DNA from: Conidiobolus incongruus B7586
Taxonomy: Eukaryota
Assembly (NCBI GenBank): GCA_000697335.1
Contig: JNEM01008698.1
Coordinates: 1-51,666, forward strand
Direction: 5' to 3'
DNA: 51,666 bases
The position numbers and the translations under genes were made by a program. Position 1 is the first letter of the stretch. Each line of letters opens with the position of its first letter. This document shows positions 11,241 to 27,588 of this stretch, one piece after another. Below the pieces are notes generated by a model. That model saw nothing but the letters and a program-made list of their open reading frames with translations. It was not told where the DNA came from and did not search any database.

Positions 11241-12498
11241 TCAGTTAAAAAAGAAACAAATGACATATTTTCTAATTTTTGATATTCCCAATATATTGTT
11301 TAATATAAAGAATAGATTATACATAAAATATATAGGAGAATTGATAATTTCAAAATATATATATTTATAAGTTTTGTCTGAAATATTTTTATTTTCAAAC
11401 TTTATGATTAAATTTAATTATAAAAAACTCATTTTAAAATTATTAAATCTTAATTATAAGCCATTTAAAACTATTTATGATTTATATAAAGTTTGTAAAG
11501 GTTTTGTTTGATTTAAAACCATCATTATTATTTAAGTTAGCTAATTTGAAGCTAAACAAAATCATGTTTAAAAATACCAACATTTAAAAGATTGATTTCT
11601 ATTATTGTTTTTTAACATACTAATAAAATAAAACAATATATTAAAAAACACCTTTTATTTTAATAAAAGAGTTACTAAAGTAATTTAATATTCATTATAT
11701 AAGAATAGTTTATATAATGAATTCAAACTCTGATTGATTAATAGAAACTTATAATATATATCTTATAATATGAATAACAAAGGAGAAAATAGAATAATTA
11801 TAGATAAATAAAGCATATTTAACATAAAACTAGAGACAATAGTTTTTATATCAAAATATCTACTAATAAATCTAAAATTCATTTAAATAATACATTATTT
11901 AAAAATAAAACAAAGCATTAAGTTTAAGCAGCTTTTTTTTATAAACTCTAAAAAATAAAAGTTTGATTTATAAGTAAATATCAATTATTATAATATGATT
12001 TGATAGTATATAATTATTATTTAACTTTTGACGTTAAATTAACGTATAATGAGCTTTATATTATTTAAGTAAAATTATCTCTAATAGGTGTTATTATTAT
12101 AAATTATAAATATTTAATATTGTATATCATAGTTATAAAATCATAAAGTTAAATGCTTAAAGATTTTTTTAAATAAAACAATTACAACAAATACCCATAT
12201 ATAGTATATTTATCAGATTATAACTTACAGAATTATAATGGCTTTGGTTAATCAAAGAATATATTTAGATGAAGAAAAATTCTTATTAATAAATTTAATT
12301 AATTTATTATAAAAGTTTTAATCTATTATAATAAAACTATCATTAAGAGTTAAAAATTTATTAAAAATATAGAAAAAAATACTGAAAATAAAAGAAATTA
12401 TAAATTTCAAAATCTTCATTTATTTTTATATATTATATATTCAAGCTTAAATATAATTTTAATTGTAAAATATTGCCAATATTTAACTATTATAATAA
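11241..12498 (+). mobile_element. Degenerate mariner-type transposon, copy B (full length, ~1258 bp)
   Basis: TA on both sides (11239-40 and 12499-500). Starts TCAGTT; the right end is the reverse complement of the family TIR. Relic YPYIVYLSDYNLQNY at ~12192-12236. The 5' part matches the reverse complement of 44200-44536. Confidence 0.8.
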
Positions 12499-13400
12499 TA
12501 GCTCATATTAGGTATATTAAATTTAGAATTTTGATATTTTATGAATAATGATATGAATTTCAATTTTAATTAATTTAAATTAAATTTTCAAAATATATTA
12601 TTATTTCAAAATTTGATATTACATTTGCAAACATTTGAATATATATATCACTATCATTATTTATTTAGTTATCATTAAATATATAAATTTAAAATAAAGA
12701 AAAGAATATTATATGTATATATTATATTTTCATATATTATATCCTAAGTTGATGAAAATACCTGTAATATTAAATTTTTATCTTTCAAGTCTAAATAAAT
12801 GTATGAATCCTTGAATTCATATCTTTAATTAGAAAGTATTTTATATTAATTTTTTTATTTCATTTGATAATATTATATTGAAAATACATGAATTAATTTC
12901 ACATATTATCTACCAACATTACATATTGAGAATCGTGTAATTATTTGATAAATACATCAAATTTTTAATTTCTGATAATGAAATTAAGTGATAACTAATT
13001 ATAAAATCATTATTAATTTCAAATATAAAATAATACTAAAATCTTGACTAATATATAGTGCACAATATATCGTATTTAATTTAGTCCATTATTTCTTTCA
13101 AATATATTAGAGATTTAAATATTTCTTAAAATTTTAAAATTATATTTGAAATATAAATATAGTAATTTAAAGTTGAATAAATTGGTCAAATAATATCTTC
13201 ATATTCAATTTGTTAAAATATCATTATTGTTAAGTTTAAATACAATAGTTTCTGGATTATTTTAATTCATGGATTCTATATATTTTAATTTAAATACATT
13301 TTAAACTTGAATTAAAGGAAATTTTTTATTTGGTTAATAATTAAATTGTCAGTACTTTAGGACTAGACTATCATATAAATTGAATTAAAATTGATTAAAA

Positions 13401-13409
13401 ATCCCATAA
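13401..13409 (+). promoter_or_regulatory. TCCCATAA candidate promoter element (rhomboid gene)
   Basis: ATCCCATAA ~127 nt upstream of the ATG. The same oriented motif occurs upstream of four other housekeeping genes. Confidence 0.5.
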
Positions 13410-13527
13410 ATGAATTTACTTGATATGAGTGTCAGTACCGATTTATTAGTAATTTCAAATTGACTTCGATTCATCATAACATTTTATTAAGGAATATTTT
13501 TTCATAAACAATAATATAATAATTTTA

Positions 13528-14632
13528 ATGAATCGTATAAATTATTCAATACTACGTAATATTAAGACAAATTCTTTTAATCATATTGTCAAAAGAAATT
13601 ATATTCAGAATTATAGATCAGATGTTCAAAGTTTTGAGAGTAAATCGAGATCTGGTAACTTTAAATGGGGTGCTTTGACTTTTATAGGAACGGGTGCTTC
13701 AATTTCATTAGTTGGCGCTGCGTGGTGGTATCAAGTCAGGTTAGATGAGAAAAGGAAGTTAATGGCTAATTTCAGTTTGGGAGAAGAAATTCAAAATATC
13801 AAATCGTTGTTCCAACGTACAATTGAATCTAGACGCCCCGATACTCAAAGTTCCCAAGGAGAGATACAAAGGAAGGTTGAAGTCTTAAAAGACATATATT
13901 CTAATTTGACCTCAAATGAAAAATTAATTTATAGTATTATTGCTGTTAATACAGCTATCTTTTTAGCTTGGCAAATTCCTAATTATAGGGTTCAAAGATT
14001 TTTATCCAAGCACTTTACCCATAACTACCTTTCTAAGAGGTACTATACAATGATTACGAGTACTTTCAGCCACACTTCATTCCTTCACTTCACATTCAAC
14101 ATGGTTGCTCTGAAGAGTTTCGGGGCTATTACCGCTCAACTCATTGGATTGGAGCACTTTATTGGTCTCTATTTTGCTAGTGCAATCTTATCATCTGCCC
14201 CAAAGCATCTGTTAGTAGGCTGGCTTATGAAACCCGGCCCTGTGACCCGCTCTCTTGGAGCTAGTGGCGTCCTTTTCTCATTGGTCGGAATCACCACTTT
14301 CTTCCTTCCTAACATTCAGGCCAATATAATATTTTTACCTTGGCTTCCTTTAAATCTCAGCCATTTGTTTGTTGGTATGATGGCTTTAGATTTGTATGGC
14401 TTAATTCGAGGTTGGCAAGCTATTGATCATATGGTAAGCATACTATTATCAATCATTAATAATTAAGACTAACGCTAAGATATAGGTACATTTGTCAGGT
14501 GCTACATTCGGATTACTTTATGCTAAATTTGGATTTGATCATATTTGGTATCCTTTGAATCATAAACTATCAGAATTCAGAAATTCTCAAAATTATCGAG
14601 ATTTTGCTACACGATATACCAAGAATAATTAA
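13528..14632 (+). CDS. PCP1: Mitochondrial rhomboid intramembrane serine protease (Pcp1/PARL family), 350 aa
   Basis: Exons 13528-14433 and 14486-14632 (GTAAGC...TAG intron). Basic/hydroxyl presequence-like N-terminus, TFSH..HFTFNM, catalytic GASG, and DHMVHLSGA formed across the splice junction. Confidence 0.92.
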
Positions 14633-15757
14633 TATCGTCATAAACCAAAAATTAATTAATGGGAAAAATACTTCTGGAAGATATTATATCTATTACCCAA
14701 TACCAAATTGAACGTCTTGATATTTAATATCATAGATTTAAATTATTTATTTATCAAATAAAGTGCTATAAAAATGTATTTATAAAACTGTAATATTGAT
14801 TGTATTCTTATTACAGTTCTTTACTATGATAACAAAATCATCAAAAAATTTAAACTCGTAATATTAATATTGATTTATTTTGTATTTATATTCTAAATAA
14901 CAATATTAATCCTTCCTGAACTTACAAATATGCCAATAGGTATACAAAATTATCTCCACAAGCTAAATATTCTAAAACTTTTATTACGATAATAGAGTAA
15001 TTTTTTATATTATATTATTGCTAAATATAAAAATCCTATATCAATAATGATTATTATATATTTGTTTTAGATCGTGTATTTGATAATGATATGAATATTT
15101 AGTGAGACAATTTCAAACTCTCATATGAGATTTCTAAATCCACAATTTCATCAAACAAATTTAAACCTTAATTTTTTTTAAACCAAAAAACAAAACCATC
15201 AAAATGATGATTTAATATTATTTCAGAATCAAATATAATGAGTATATTCAAATAGAATGATGAAAATTGTAAATAATATTTTTGTGAAATTTTGGATTAT
15301 ATTGAGTTTATTTTATTATATATTTTCATCTTATATTGAAATTTAGCAAAATATTTAATCTCAAAATGATTTCTTAAATTCAATTTCAGTTTTCAAAGTT
15401 TTTCATATTCAAAAATCAAGACATTTAGCAAGTAATAATAGATATTAAAAAATATAAATTATGACTTGGTAGCATAATGGATAACATCATCACCAAACAT
15501 TCCCAATATAATCTCAAAGATCTCAAAATTTTTGATGGTAATCGGTACCTGAGTACTAATTTCCACCTCCAAGTTTCATCATATTCGATTTAACTAATGA
15601 AATTTTAACAATCCAATCAACCCTAAAATTAGTTAAATTTAGTTCAAAAACTTTAATTCATTCCTAGTATAAATACACCATAATGCTTACCAAGAGATCA
15701 TTATTTAAGAATTAATTATTTGCTATATTTCATATAAATTTTATCAATTGAATCAAG

Positions 15758-16048
15758 ATGCAATTCAAGACTGAATATATTTTGATTACTTTGTTATGTA
15801 ATTGGAATCCTATTGTGAGTTTACCCCAAAACAGGGACGCTTTCCAATTTGCGATGAATAAGGGTGCACCTCCATTGAATAACCCATCTACATCTTCAAA
15901 ACCTGAAGCTACTACTAAGTCAACTAACACTCAGGATGTGGTGCTTCTCCAGACAAAGAATACCAATAGAAATTATCAACCACCTCCACCTTCCACATAT
16001 TCAGATTTGTTTAATTCTGGATTAATTGAAAATGGTTATTATGAATAA
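15758..16048 (+). CDS. Small putative secreted protein, 96 aa, unknown function
   Basis: Single exon with GC above its flanks. Hydrophobic N-terminus ending IVS-LP resembles a signal peptide. TATAAATA at 15668-15675. Confidence 0.6.
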   Translation: MQFKTEYILITLLCNWNPIVSLPQNRDAFQFAMNKGAPPLNNPSTSSKPEATTKSTNTQDVVLLQTKNTNRNYQPPPPSTYSDLFNSGLIENGYYE

Positions 16049-16322
16049 TTTTCTAACAATGATTTTAAATAATTATAAAAAATAATATATACAGAATATA
16101 AATAAATAATTGTTATGATTTTGATTTAAATACTTATCTATTTAATTATCTTTCATGCTGTAACAATATAATCTTTATTAAAATTGTACCATAAATATAA
16201 TAAAATCAAATTTGAGCTTTTAATAATAAATTGGTTTGTGCTTATATTAAATTGTTATTATGCCTAAAATATTTTCTATCGTTTACTAGTCACTTTCAAA
16301 ATCATTTTCTAAATTGATAAAA

Positions 16323-16332
16323 TTCCCATAAT
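16323..16332 (+). promoter_or_regulatory. TCCCATAA candidate promoter element (TSR3)
   Basis: TTCCCATAAT ~105 nt upstream of the ATG. Confidence 0.5.
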
Positions 16333-16427
16333 AATAAAATCTTTACTCAACTCAATATAAAAAATTTTAACCCTTTAAACATAGATTACATTCAATTAAC
16401 AAATCCAATATATTATTAATAAAAAAA

Positions 16428-17657
16428 ATGCCTAGAAAGCACGGATCTAACAATAACAGAAACTATAGCAAAACATCTAGAAATGCTAGTAGATTGGAAA
16501 AATTTTTAAAAAATACTGAACAGTTGCCCAACCATGAAAATGACATGGACCCTCCCGAAGATAGAGAAGAGAGTATTAAATTACCTTTTAACGTTGCCAT
16601 GTGGGTAATTAATATGTACTAGTATTCTATTATTAGTGAATTGTTAATTGGTTTTAGGATTTTGACCACTGTGATCCTAAGAGGTGTAGTGGTAAGAAAA
16701 TGCATAGGATGGGTTTGATTAAAAATTTGAATGTTTCAACTCCTTTTCATGGGATTGTATTAAGGTAATTCATAAATTTATCGATTCATCGTTATGATCT
16801 CAATTACTCATTGGGGTATAGTCCTCAAGGTGAGATAGCAGTTTCCCCCGGTGATAGAGAAATTGTGGAGAGATATGGTATTGCTGTAGTCGAAGCTTCT
16901 TGGGCTAGAATTGAGGAAGTTCCGTTCCACAGAATGAGAATTAGACATAACAGATTATGTAAGTCAATTTATTCTTAAACTACTGAGATCAAAACTGATG
17001 GTTCATTTTAGTGCCTTATTTAGTTGCTACCAATCCTGTGAATTATGGAAGACCTCTCAGACTAAACTGTGTTGAAGCAGTTGCCGCATGTTGCTACATC
17101 ATGGGTAAATATATATAATTTTTGAATTATGATTGATCTGTTGATCAATTTATATATTTAGGTTTTAAAGAAATTGGAGATTTATTTATGTCCAAATTCA
17201 CTTGGGGTCATGCATTTTACGAAGTGAATCAGTAATATTATCAATATTGTGTATTTTATTAACTTATTGATAATGTGTTTATAGTCAATTATTAACCAAA
17301 TATAGCAAGTGTACCAATTCTAAAGAAGTTGTACAAGTTCAATCAGACTGGATGCAAATGATTGAAGCTGAGAGTATGATGAAGAATGTCAAGCTGAATG
17401 ATAAAAAACGCGATAGTGATGAAGATGATGAAGATGACGATTTAATGAGAAATCCAAATCATCGCGATGATAAAGATGCCGATGATGAGAGCAATGATGA
17501 TTCTCTATTGCAAAGGAATCCCAATCACAACTATGATGATTCTGATGAGGATGATGTTGATGACGATGACGCTTTGTTACAAAGAAATCCTAACCATCCT
17601 TATGACGATAGTGAAGAAGATGAAGATGATTTACTTAAACCTAACCCTAATCATTAG
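16428..17657 (+). CDS. TSR3: 18S rRNA aminocarboxypropyltransferase Tsr3
   Basis: Six exons joined by GT-AG introns give [16 protein letters not shown]...LSP...SWAR...[25 protein letters not shown]...FTWGHAF, followed by an acidic tail. Confidence 0.95.
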
Positions 17658-17857
17658 TTAAAACCTATATTTAATAGATATTAATTTAAATTTCGTAAAA
17701 TTAGAAAGAATCATCACAAATTTAATGATAAAATTTGTCTATAAATAATTTTATTTATAACAATAAATACATTTTTTAATCATATTTATTTCTACATGTC
17801 ATATATTCACTAATAATATGCAAGTCATTAATATTAAAGCCCGATTCAATACCTATT

Positions 17858-17867
17858 ATCCCATAAT
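17858..17867 (+). promoter_or_regulatory. TCCCATAA candidate promoter element (TFB4)
   Basis: ATCCCATAAT ~98 nt upstream of the ATG. Confidence 0.5.
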
Positions 17868-17955
17868 TGAAAAATCATCCCATTGAAATGATTTAATAAC
17901 CTCCAGTCCCTAAAGTTAAAAAAGTATCAATTAACCAATCAAAGAATCAAATACT

Positions 17956-19332
17956 ATGTCAGAAACTTATAATACTACGCCACACAACTTACTTGTAATA
18001 TTAATAGATTGTAATTTGTACCAATGGACTCAAATTGAAGAAAAGTATAAAGAGTACCAGTTTACATTTGAAAGAGCTATCGGAATGTTAAATATATTTA
18101 TCAACTCTTACTTAGCCAGCAAATTCGATAACAAGTTGGGTGTTATGGCAACTATCAATGGAAAATGGTAAATTGTTCTTAAACAATGTTTTCAATAGTA
18201 TCTTATATTCCAAATTTCTAGTCAGTTTTTATACACGGACGATAACAACGAAAGACGCCGAATTTTAAATCCAGATTCGGAATTTAGTCCCTATCACCGA
18301 TTTTCTCAAGTGAATTTATCAATTAATCACGGTATTAGAGGATTTTTGAGGGAATTTCGAAAAGCTTCCTCACCCGTTGACATCAATGGTCATGATCCTA
18401 ATATTAATAATACTTCTAATCTAATGGGTAATTGATTTTATGGTTTTATGGATCAATATTAATAATAATATTTAGATTCAGATTCAATATCGTCATCCCT
18501 ATCGAAAGCTCTGTGTTTTATTAACAAATTCAAAAAACAAAATCCTCTCATTCAGTACCAGTCCAGAATTTTGATTTTGTCGGTATCTCCTGATGTACCT
18601 CAGAATTATGTGTCTCTAATGAATTCTATCTTTTCGGCACAGAAATTGGTAATTATCATTGATTTAATTGTTATATGTTTTATTAATCTGTTTAGAGTAT
18701 TCCCATCGATGTTTGTAAATTATTCAACTTTGAATCGCCATTCTTGCAGCAGGCTTGCTTTATTACTAATGGAAACTACGTCGTTATTGATACCCCTCCT
18801 CATGGTTTGCTGCAATCTCTATTGGTAAATGACTATTTCTTAAGCATATAGGTATTTGTATTAATACATGTTCATAGATGGGATTTTTAGCTGATCCTAT
18901 TACAAGGACAGCTTATTTAAGATCTCTAAGTCGAGACAATGTAGATTTTAGTGCCGCTTGCTTCTGTCACAAAAAATCCATTGAAATCGGCCATGTTTGT
19001 TCTATATGTTTATCTAGTAATTCAGATCATTTATCACTCTTACTATTAATTTTAATATATTCTTTCTTTAGTTTATTGTGAGCCGAAAAAAATTTGCGAA
19101 ACTTGTCAGTAAGTGATAGTATTTAAAATTATATAAATGATAAGATTAATCATTAATATTTAATAGATCTGAATTTATAACAACTGAAATGAATTATCTG
19201 AACCAACTGCCATATGATTTATTTAAAAATTTGAACGAATTATCTAATAACCATCAGAGCTCCTCCAGTCGATCCAATGGTCAATCCAACGCCAATCATC
19301 ACCACCAGAATAGAGTTAGAGAAAATTCATAA
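17956..19332 (+). CDS. TFB4: TFIIH subunit Tfb4/p34 (vWA-like domain plus C-terminal zinc finger)
   Basis: Seven exons. LLVILID, LSKALCFINK, SRILILSVSPD..QNYVSLMNSIFSAQK..IPIDVC, FLQQA, and [37 protein letters not shown]. Stop at 19330-19332. Confidence 0.93.
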
Positions 19333-19353
19333 CTTAATGTTTGGCTTGTATAA

Positions 19354-20581
19354 TTAAACAATATAATCATCGCTATCAAGATTTCCCAATAATTTGTTAT
19401 AATAATAAAATTGACCCAAAATCTATTTATCAATCAATATCAGATATCGTTTGATTAATTTTATAAATATTGACTTACTACTAAATCTAAAAACATTGGA
19501 CCCAAACTATATTTAAAATTAATAAATGATTCAAATATTCTATCAATAAATAAATTACGCTCCAAGTATCCAAGGAATATTCTTGATAAGATGATGAATT
19601 TCAATAGAATAAGTAACAATAGACTATTCATTTCATCGTTATTAAATATAAATTTTAAATACGTAATAAAATTTACCAAAATAAAGGTGCTATTAGCGAT
19701 TAAACTGATAATAAATAACCACTTGGAGAGGCCTTGGCATGTTTTTCTAGTGTAATTCAAATGAATTTGAGGGACTTTGGCTCCAATATATAAAATAGTC
19801 GAAATCCAACCACACGCTTGAGCCCACCAAATAATCGCATTATTTTCACCACCTTGAATCTAAAAACATATTTACATATATATAATATCAATCTTAATAA
19901 ATAAAATATTACCATCATAAATCCTAGAGTGTTGAAGGGATTGCCAGCATTAATAAAACTGAATAATACTGTAAAATTAATTATGAAAATAGGAAGTATG
20001 GATTTTAAAGAAACTCCCAAATTCACATAGGCTCTAGAGTCGTAAGAATGTGCGGAATTCTGGTGATTGGAAGTATAAGAATTGGTGGGAAGATCTTCGT
20101 GACGACGAATGCTCACATCCACTGGAGGAGTTGCGCGATGTGCTTCGTTATTTAACAAACGACTGGTTTCGTTGTGTAAAGAATAGGGTGGCAATTGAGG
20201 CGCTGGGGGTTTTTGATATCTATAGTACAAAGTTTGACCCATCAGAGTAATATCGTTGATAAGGTACATTAAAGCAATCCAAATCTAATTTACATTTAAT
20301 AACCAATATAACTAAAATATATTGATTTACCGTTGACCATAATAAATTTTGAAAAATAGCACCTGTTAAATAAAATAAATCCCCAATCATCCATAACCAT
20401 AAAAATCCCAAGCTTAAACTTTCACTATCTTTATTCTTGTGATTTTCTATCAATTGTCTATAAAAATTGATTAGTTAATGATTAAATGAAAATTACTAGT
20501 CACTTACGGTATTAATAGAATAAGCCAGCAAGTTGCTGAAATATAGAAAAATATGTCCGATACTAACTGATGAACAACCAT
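19354..20581 (-). CDS. PQ-loop vacuolar/lysosomal amino-acid transporter (Ypq/PQLC2-like)
   Basis: Seven exons. ATG at 20581 (MVVHQLVSD). First loop LIPQLIENHKNKDSESLSLGFLWLWMIGD, dileucine-type ETSRLL, second loop AKVPQIHLNYTRKTCQGLS, then PWILGALGPMFLDLVILGQFYYY. Stop at 19354-19356. Confidence 0.88.
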
Positions 20582-21299
20582 TGCAGTTCTTGTTTTTTAA
20601 CTAAATTATTAAAACTTTTATCCAAATCAGATGCTTGAAAAGAAGGAGACAAAAAATTGCATTTATAGAGTACAAGACTTAGATTATTTAGAAGTTGAAA
20701 GAGTGAGAAAATGATTAATTAATTTCTTAATTTGTCATATGATCAATTTCTGTTTTGAATACTGAGAAATTTTGAAATTTGGAATAGGATTGGGTTATGG
20801 TGGTTAAAAACTATCCAAGTGTTTCAAAATTATTATATCATTCTCTAGACTGATTGGTTGTTAGTTTAAAATCATGAGCTTCTTGGGGAGTTAAATTTAG
20901 CTTATTCATTCTTGAAATTATTTATTAATCATTAGATTTTAAATGGATTGTTTTTAATGAGAAAATATAATGATTTTGTTATTCAAATATTGATAAATTG
21001 TAGATAATTTATCATTGCAATAGACAAGGCTATTTTCTTTAATTGATAAATAGTATTTATAAAGTTAAATTCTATTTTTCTCGAAAAAATGGTTCAAAAT
21101 CTTTAAAAGGATATTTTAATCACATTGGTCATAATATAAATTTGGATAAATATTTTTAGTTTTTTCTGATTAGTTCTCAGATTAGATTAGATATAAATTT
21201 AGTTTTGAACTAAAAAAACTTGATTGAAAGAATATTTTATATGGCTTTGTTTTCTAATATATAAAATAATAACTATATAATAGTATTTCAATTTTTATG

Positions 21300-22750
21300 T
21301 AAAATATTATATAATGAATTAAATATTAAAGGTGGCTTCGTAATGATTAGCAGATTGTCATATGAAATAATTCTGTGGACCAAAATCAATTTCTCCAGCA
21401 ATATCCACATTCTTATCAAAATGCTTAATAAAACGTTAACTATAATTAATAAAATATAACTTATTAACTAGAATTATAGTATATTTCTTTAATATAATCT
21501 GAATACTGATTCCTATCAATTCAAAATATATTATGTTAATATATTAAATATGAAAAACAGACCAATTATAATCATTGCGCTGAAATATATGATAGCCCTT
21601 GTGTATGAGCTAATATATCTCGTTATATACACATTAGATGTATTGTATTAGAAATATTATTATTAGAGGTTGATGCTGGGATAATGTATAAAATTTTGAT
21701 GATTATTTTCCAATTTAATATCAAAGAGGCATGATAGAATATATTATGTTATATGGAATTTAATATTACCAAATATATTATAGAACTTGAAAAATATATT
21801 AAATACAACAGTGATGATATTAAAAAACGATATAGCAGTTAGCATCCATAATATTCAAACGTATTGTGATATATATTATGGGTATATAGCTAAAATTTCA
21901 ATATTTTTCAAACTTATCAAGCGGATTTAAACGAAAAAGTCAAATATTATTTGAAAATGATTAACAGAGTTTTAATTCTCACAAATGTATTCACTAATTT
22001 GCAAGTTATTATTATAGATATATACTAACTATTGTTTGCTAATGAATATATATGCATCAATTTCAAATGTTTTAAGATAATTATTAACTAACATATCAAA
22101 TTAAAAATATATAAATATCTATATCAGATAAATAACCTTCATAAATAGTCACTAGATCAGATTATAAATTATATCCCAATCAGTCTATATATATTACCAT
22201 GAATTTTGTTATTTGCTTCCCAATTACCAGTAAGAAACAATTATTTGATGCTATTTCAGTAAACCATAATAACATCTGATTGAATTATTTTCATTTTATA
22301 TAAAATTAATTAATAGATTTTTAAAATTTAGACAAGATAATAAGAGTTAATAACATTTGATTAGTGAATGACTGAATTTATATTAAACAAATAACACTAG
22401 AATGTTAAATTTTGATAATTATAATTTTTTTGAATATATTGGTCAAATAAAACATTTGTAGATATGCAGCAGACACTACATTCTCAATGGTTATTTCTAT
22501 CAAACTATTTTTAAATTAGTATAGTTGTAATTTTTGAACTACAATGAAATTTTGTCTAAAATGCTAAAATATCAAAATTTATTTAATCAAAGTATTGAAC
22601 AAGATCAGCTAGATCATATTACTATAACAAGCTTTATTAGAAAGTTAGGAATTGATCAATTGCTTGATAAAATTATTATTATTTTAAATTCGATTGTTAT
22701 ATGTTTTGTAATTGAAACATTAACTTATCTATAGTGATTGAAATTTATTA
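21300..22750 (+). pseudogene. Probable decayed gene, fungal TF MHR-like
   Basis: Coding-like fragments with scattered stops. IKEA**NILCY at ~21720-21752 could be a WW motif converted to TGA TAG. Boundaries approximate. Confidence 0.25.
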
Positions 22751-23224
22751 GTATTGACTATTATTATTTTGTGTTGATATTAAATAGCATATCACACAAT
22801 TTATAATTTATTTAATAAATTATAACATTTTAAAGGACTATGTACAAAAACTAAATTAACGAATAATCATTTAAAGAGAATTTGTATTAAATAATAATCA
22901 CAATTGGAATATAAAATTTAATTAGAAACATAAATCAAAGTAAAGTATTATTTTTGTACTTAATACTTCATTTTATTTAATAAATATATATTTAAATATT
23001 GGCTATTTTCAAGAATATAAGGTTTTATAAATTTTATCCCAATCAATCTAATTATTAACGAATGAAATCATTCAAAATTAGATGCTTTAAAAATTGCCAC
23101 GTCAATTCCAATCAAATCAAAAAAAGAAATATTATTTTTTGAGTGAATGAATTTAAATTGAAATCTATTCTTGTATTCATTCAATCCAATTTATAATAAA
23201 GTTCTAAATTGAAATTAAAAAAAG

Positions 23225-23674
23225 ATGGTATTATCTACTACAATTATCAGAATTTCTGATGGTTTATTATTGGCTGCTTCAACTGACGATGACCAAGTAA
23301 TAAAATTTATAAAATACAAAAATTTAATTGTTTATTGATATTTGAGTAGTCTTCTCATGAATTACAAGAATGTAAATCCCAAACCAAATTATTTTTTAGG
23401 AAATTAAGTCCAGAGTCCGAACCCCGATGCTCGATCGAAAGTGGACGATTCTATTTACAGTAACTGAAATCAATTTAATTTTCATAATTTTTTATATTGA
23501 TTTATAAACAGTTATTTGTTAGAACAAGATATTTGTTATTTAACCATCTGCGATAAGAATTACCCCAGGAAATTAGCTTTCAGTTATTTGGAAGAGTTAG
23601 CGAGAGAATTTTTTACAAATTACGGTAACGAATATCATAAACATGGTTTAAGACCGTATGCTTTTATCAAATTT

Positions 23675-23711
<37 letters not shown>

Positions 23712-24118
23712 ACTATATAATTTCCATAATTTATTAAATTTTATAATTAGATGAATTTATTCAAAAGACCAAAAAAATATATCAGGACAGTCGAGCAACA
23801 GATAATTTGAGTAAATTAAACGAAGATTTACAAGATGTAACCAGAATCATGACTAAAAATATGGAAGATTTATTATGGAGAGGCGATAGTTTAGATAGTA
23901 AGATAATACAATTATATATATATATATGTATAGTATAATTATATTGATATAATTTAGGGATGAATTCATTATCTGATCAATTGAGAGATCAAAGTTTAAA
24001 ATATCGTAAAGATGCTCAACACTTAAACTGGTTAGCTCTCTATCGCAAGTATGGCATTCCTCTGATCATTATAACTATTGTTTTCAGCTTATTCTTACTA
24101 CGTTATTATTTCTTCTAA
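23225..24118 (+). CDS. SEC22: ER-Golgi R-SNARE Sec22 (longin + SNARE + C-terminal TM)
   Basis: Five exons. MVLSTTIIRISDGLLLAASTDD, RCSIESG, YPRKLAFSYLEEL, RPYAFIKFD, MTKNMEDLLWRGDSLD, and a C-terminal TM ending RYYFF*. Confidence 0.95.
23679..23707. repeat. (TA)n microsatellite in SEC22 intron 3
   Basis: Uninterrupted AT dinucleotide run just after the GTAA donor. Confidence 0.85.
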
Positions 24119-24408
24119 TCACTTTGAATAATAATAATAATAATCATTGCACTATTTGAAAATCTGATTACAAATGATAATTAAAAATAAGTTTAAGAAA
24201 ATTTATATATTATCTTTGCTATCAATATATCAACCTTATTATAAACTTTCATAATAATATTTCGACTCATGTTTAATGAAAATAATATAAAAACTCGAGG
24301 TTAATTCAATTTTAATAATAAACTAAATTCTATTATAAGTATAGTGAATTTGTAAAAAATATATAATATTCAAGAACACTAAAAATGAGATGGTAAAAAA
24401 TAAAAAAA

Positions 24409-24480
24409 AGGGCGCAGTCGGATTTGAACCAACGACCTATCGATCTGCAGTCGATTGCTCTACCACTGAGCTATACGCCC
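24409..24480 (-). tRNA. tRNA-Cys (GCA)
   Basis: GGGCGTATAGCTCAGTGGTAGAGC-ATCGACTGCAGATCGAT-GGTTCAAATCC-GCGCCCT folds as a cloverleaf and is followed by an oligo-T Pol III terminator. Confidence 0.97.
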
Positions 24481-24638
24481 TTATTATCATTGAATTAAAA
24501 ATATAATTCAACATTTAAGATTTTAATTAATTTTCCATTTATTAACACCTATCAATCAAATTTTAATATTCTATTCTTATAAAAAATCAACCTCATCACT
24601 CTTTCAATCAATAATCAATCCATTAAAAATAATTCATC

Positions 24639-27588
<2,950 letters not shown>

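Noticed and set aside
17639..17651. CCTAACCCTAA telomere-like repeat
   Set aside because: Only about two units, and they encode Pro-Asn-Pro-Asn in the Tsr3 tail.
20627..20662. Short upstream ORF (MQFFVSFFSSI*) before the PQ-loop gene
   Set aside because: Cannot tell whether it lies within the transcript; such short ORFs are expected by chance.
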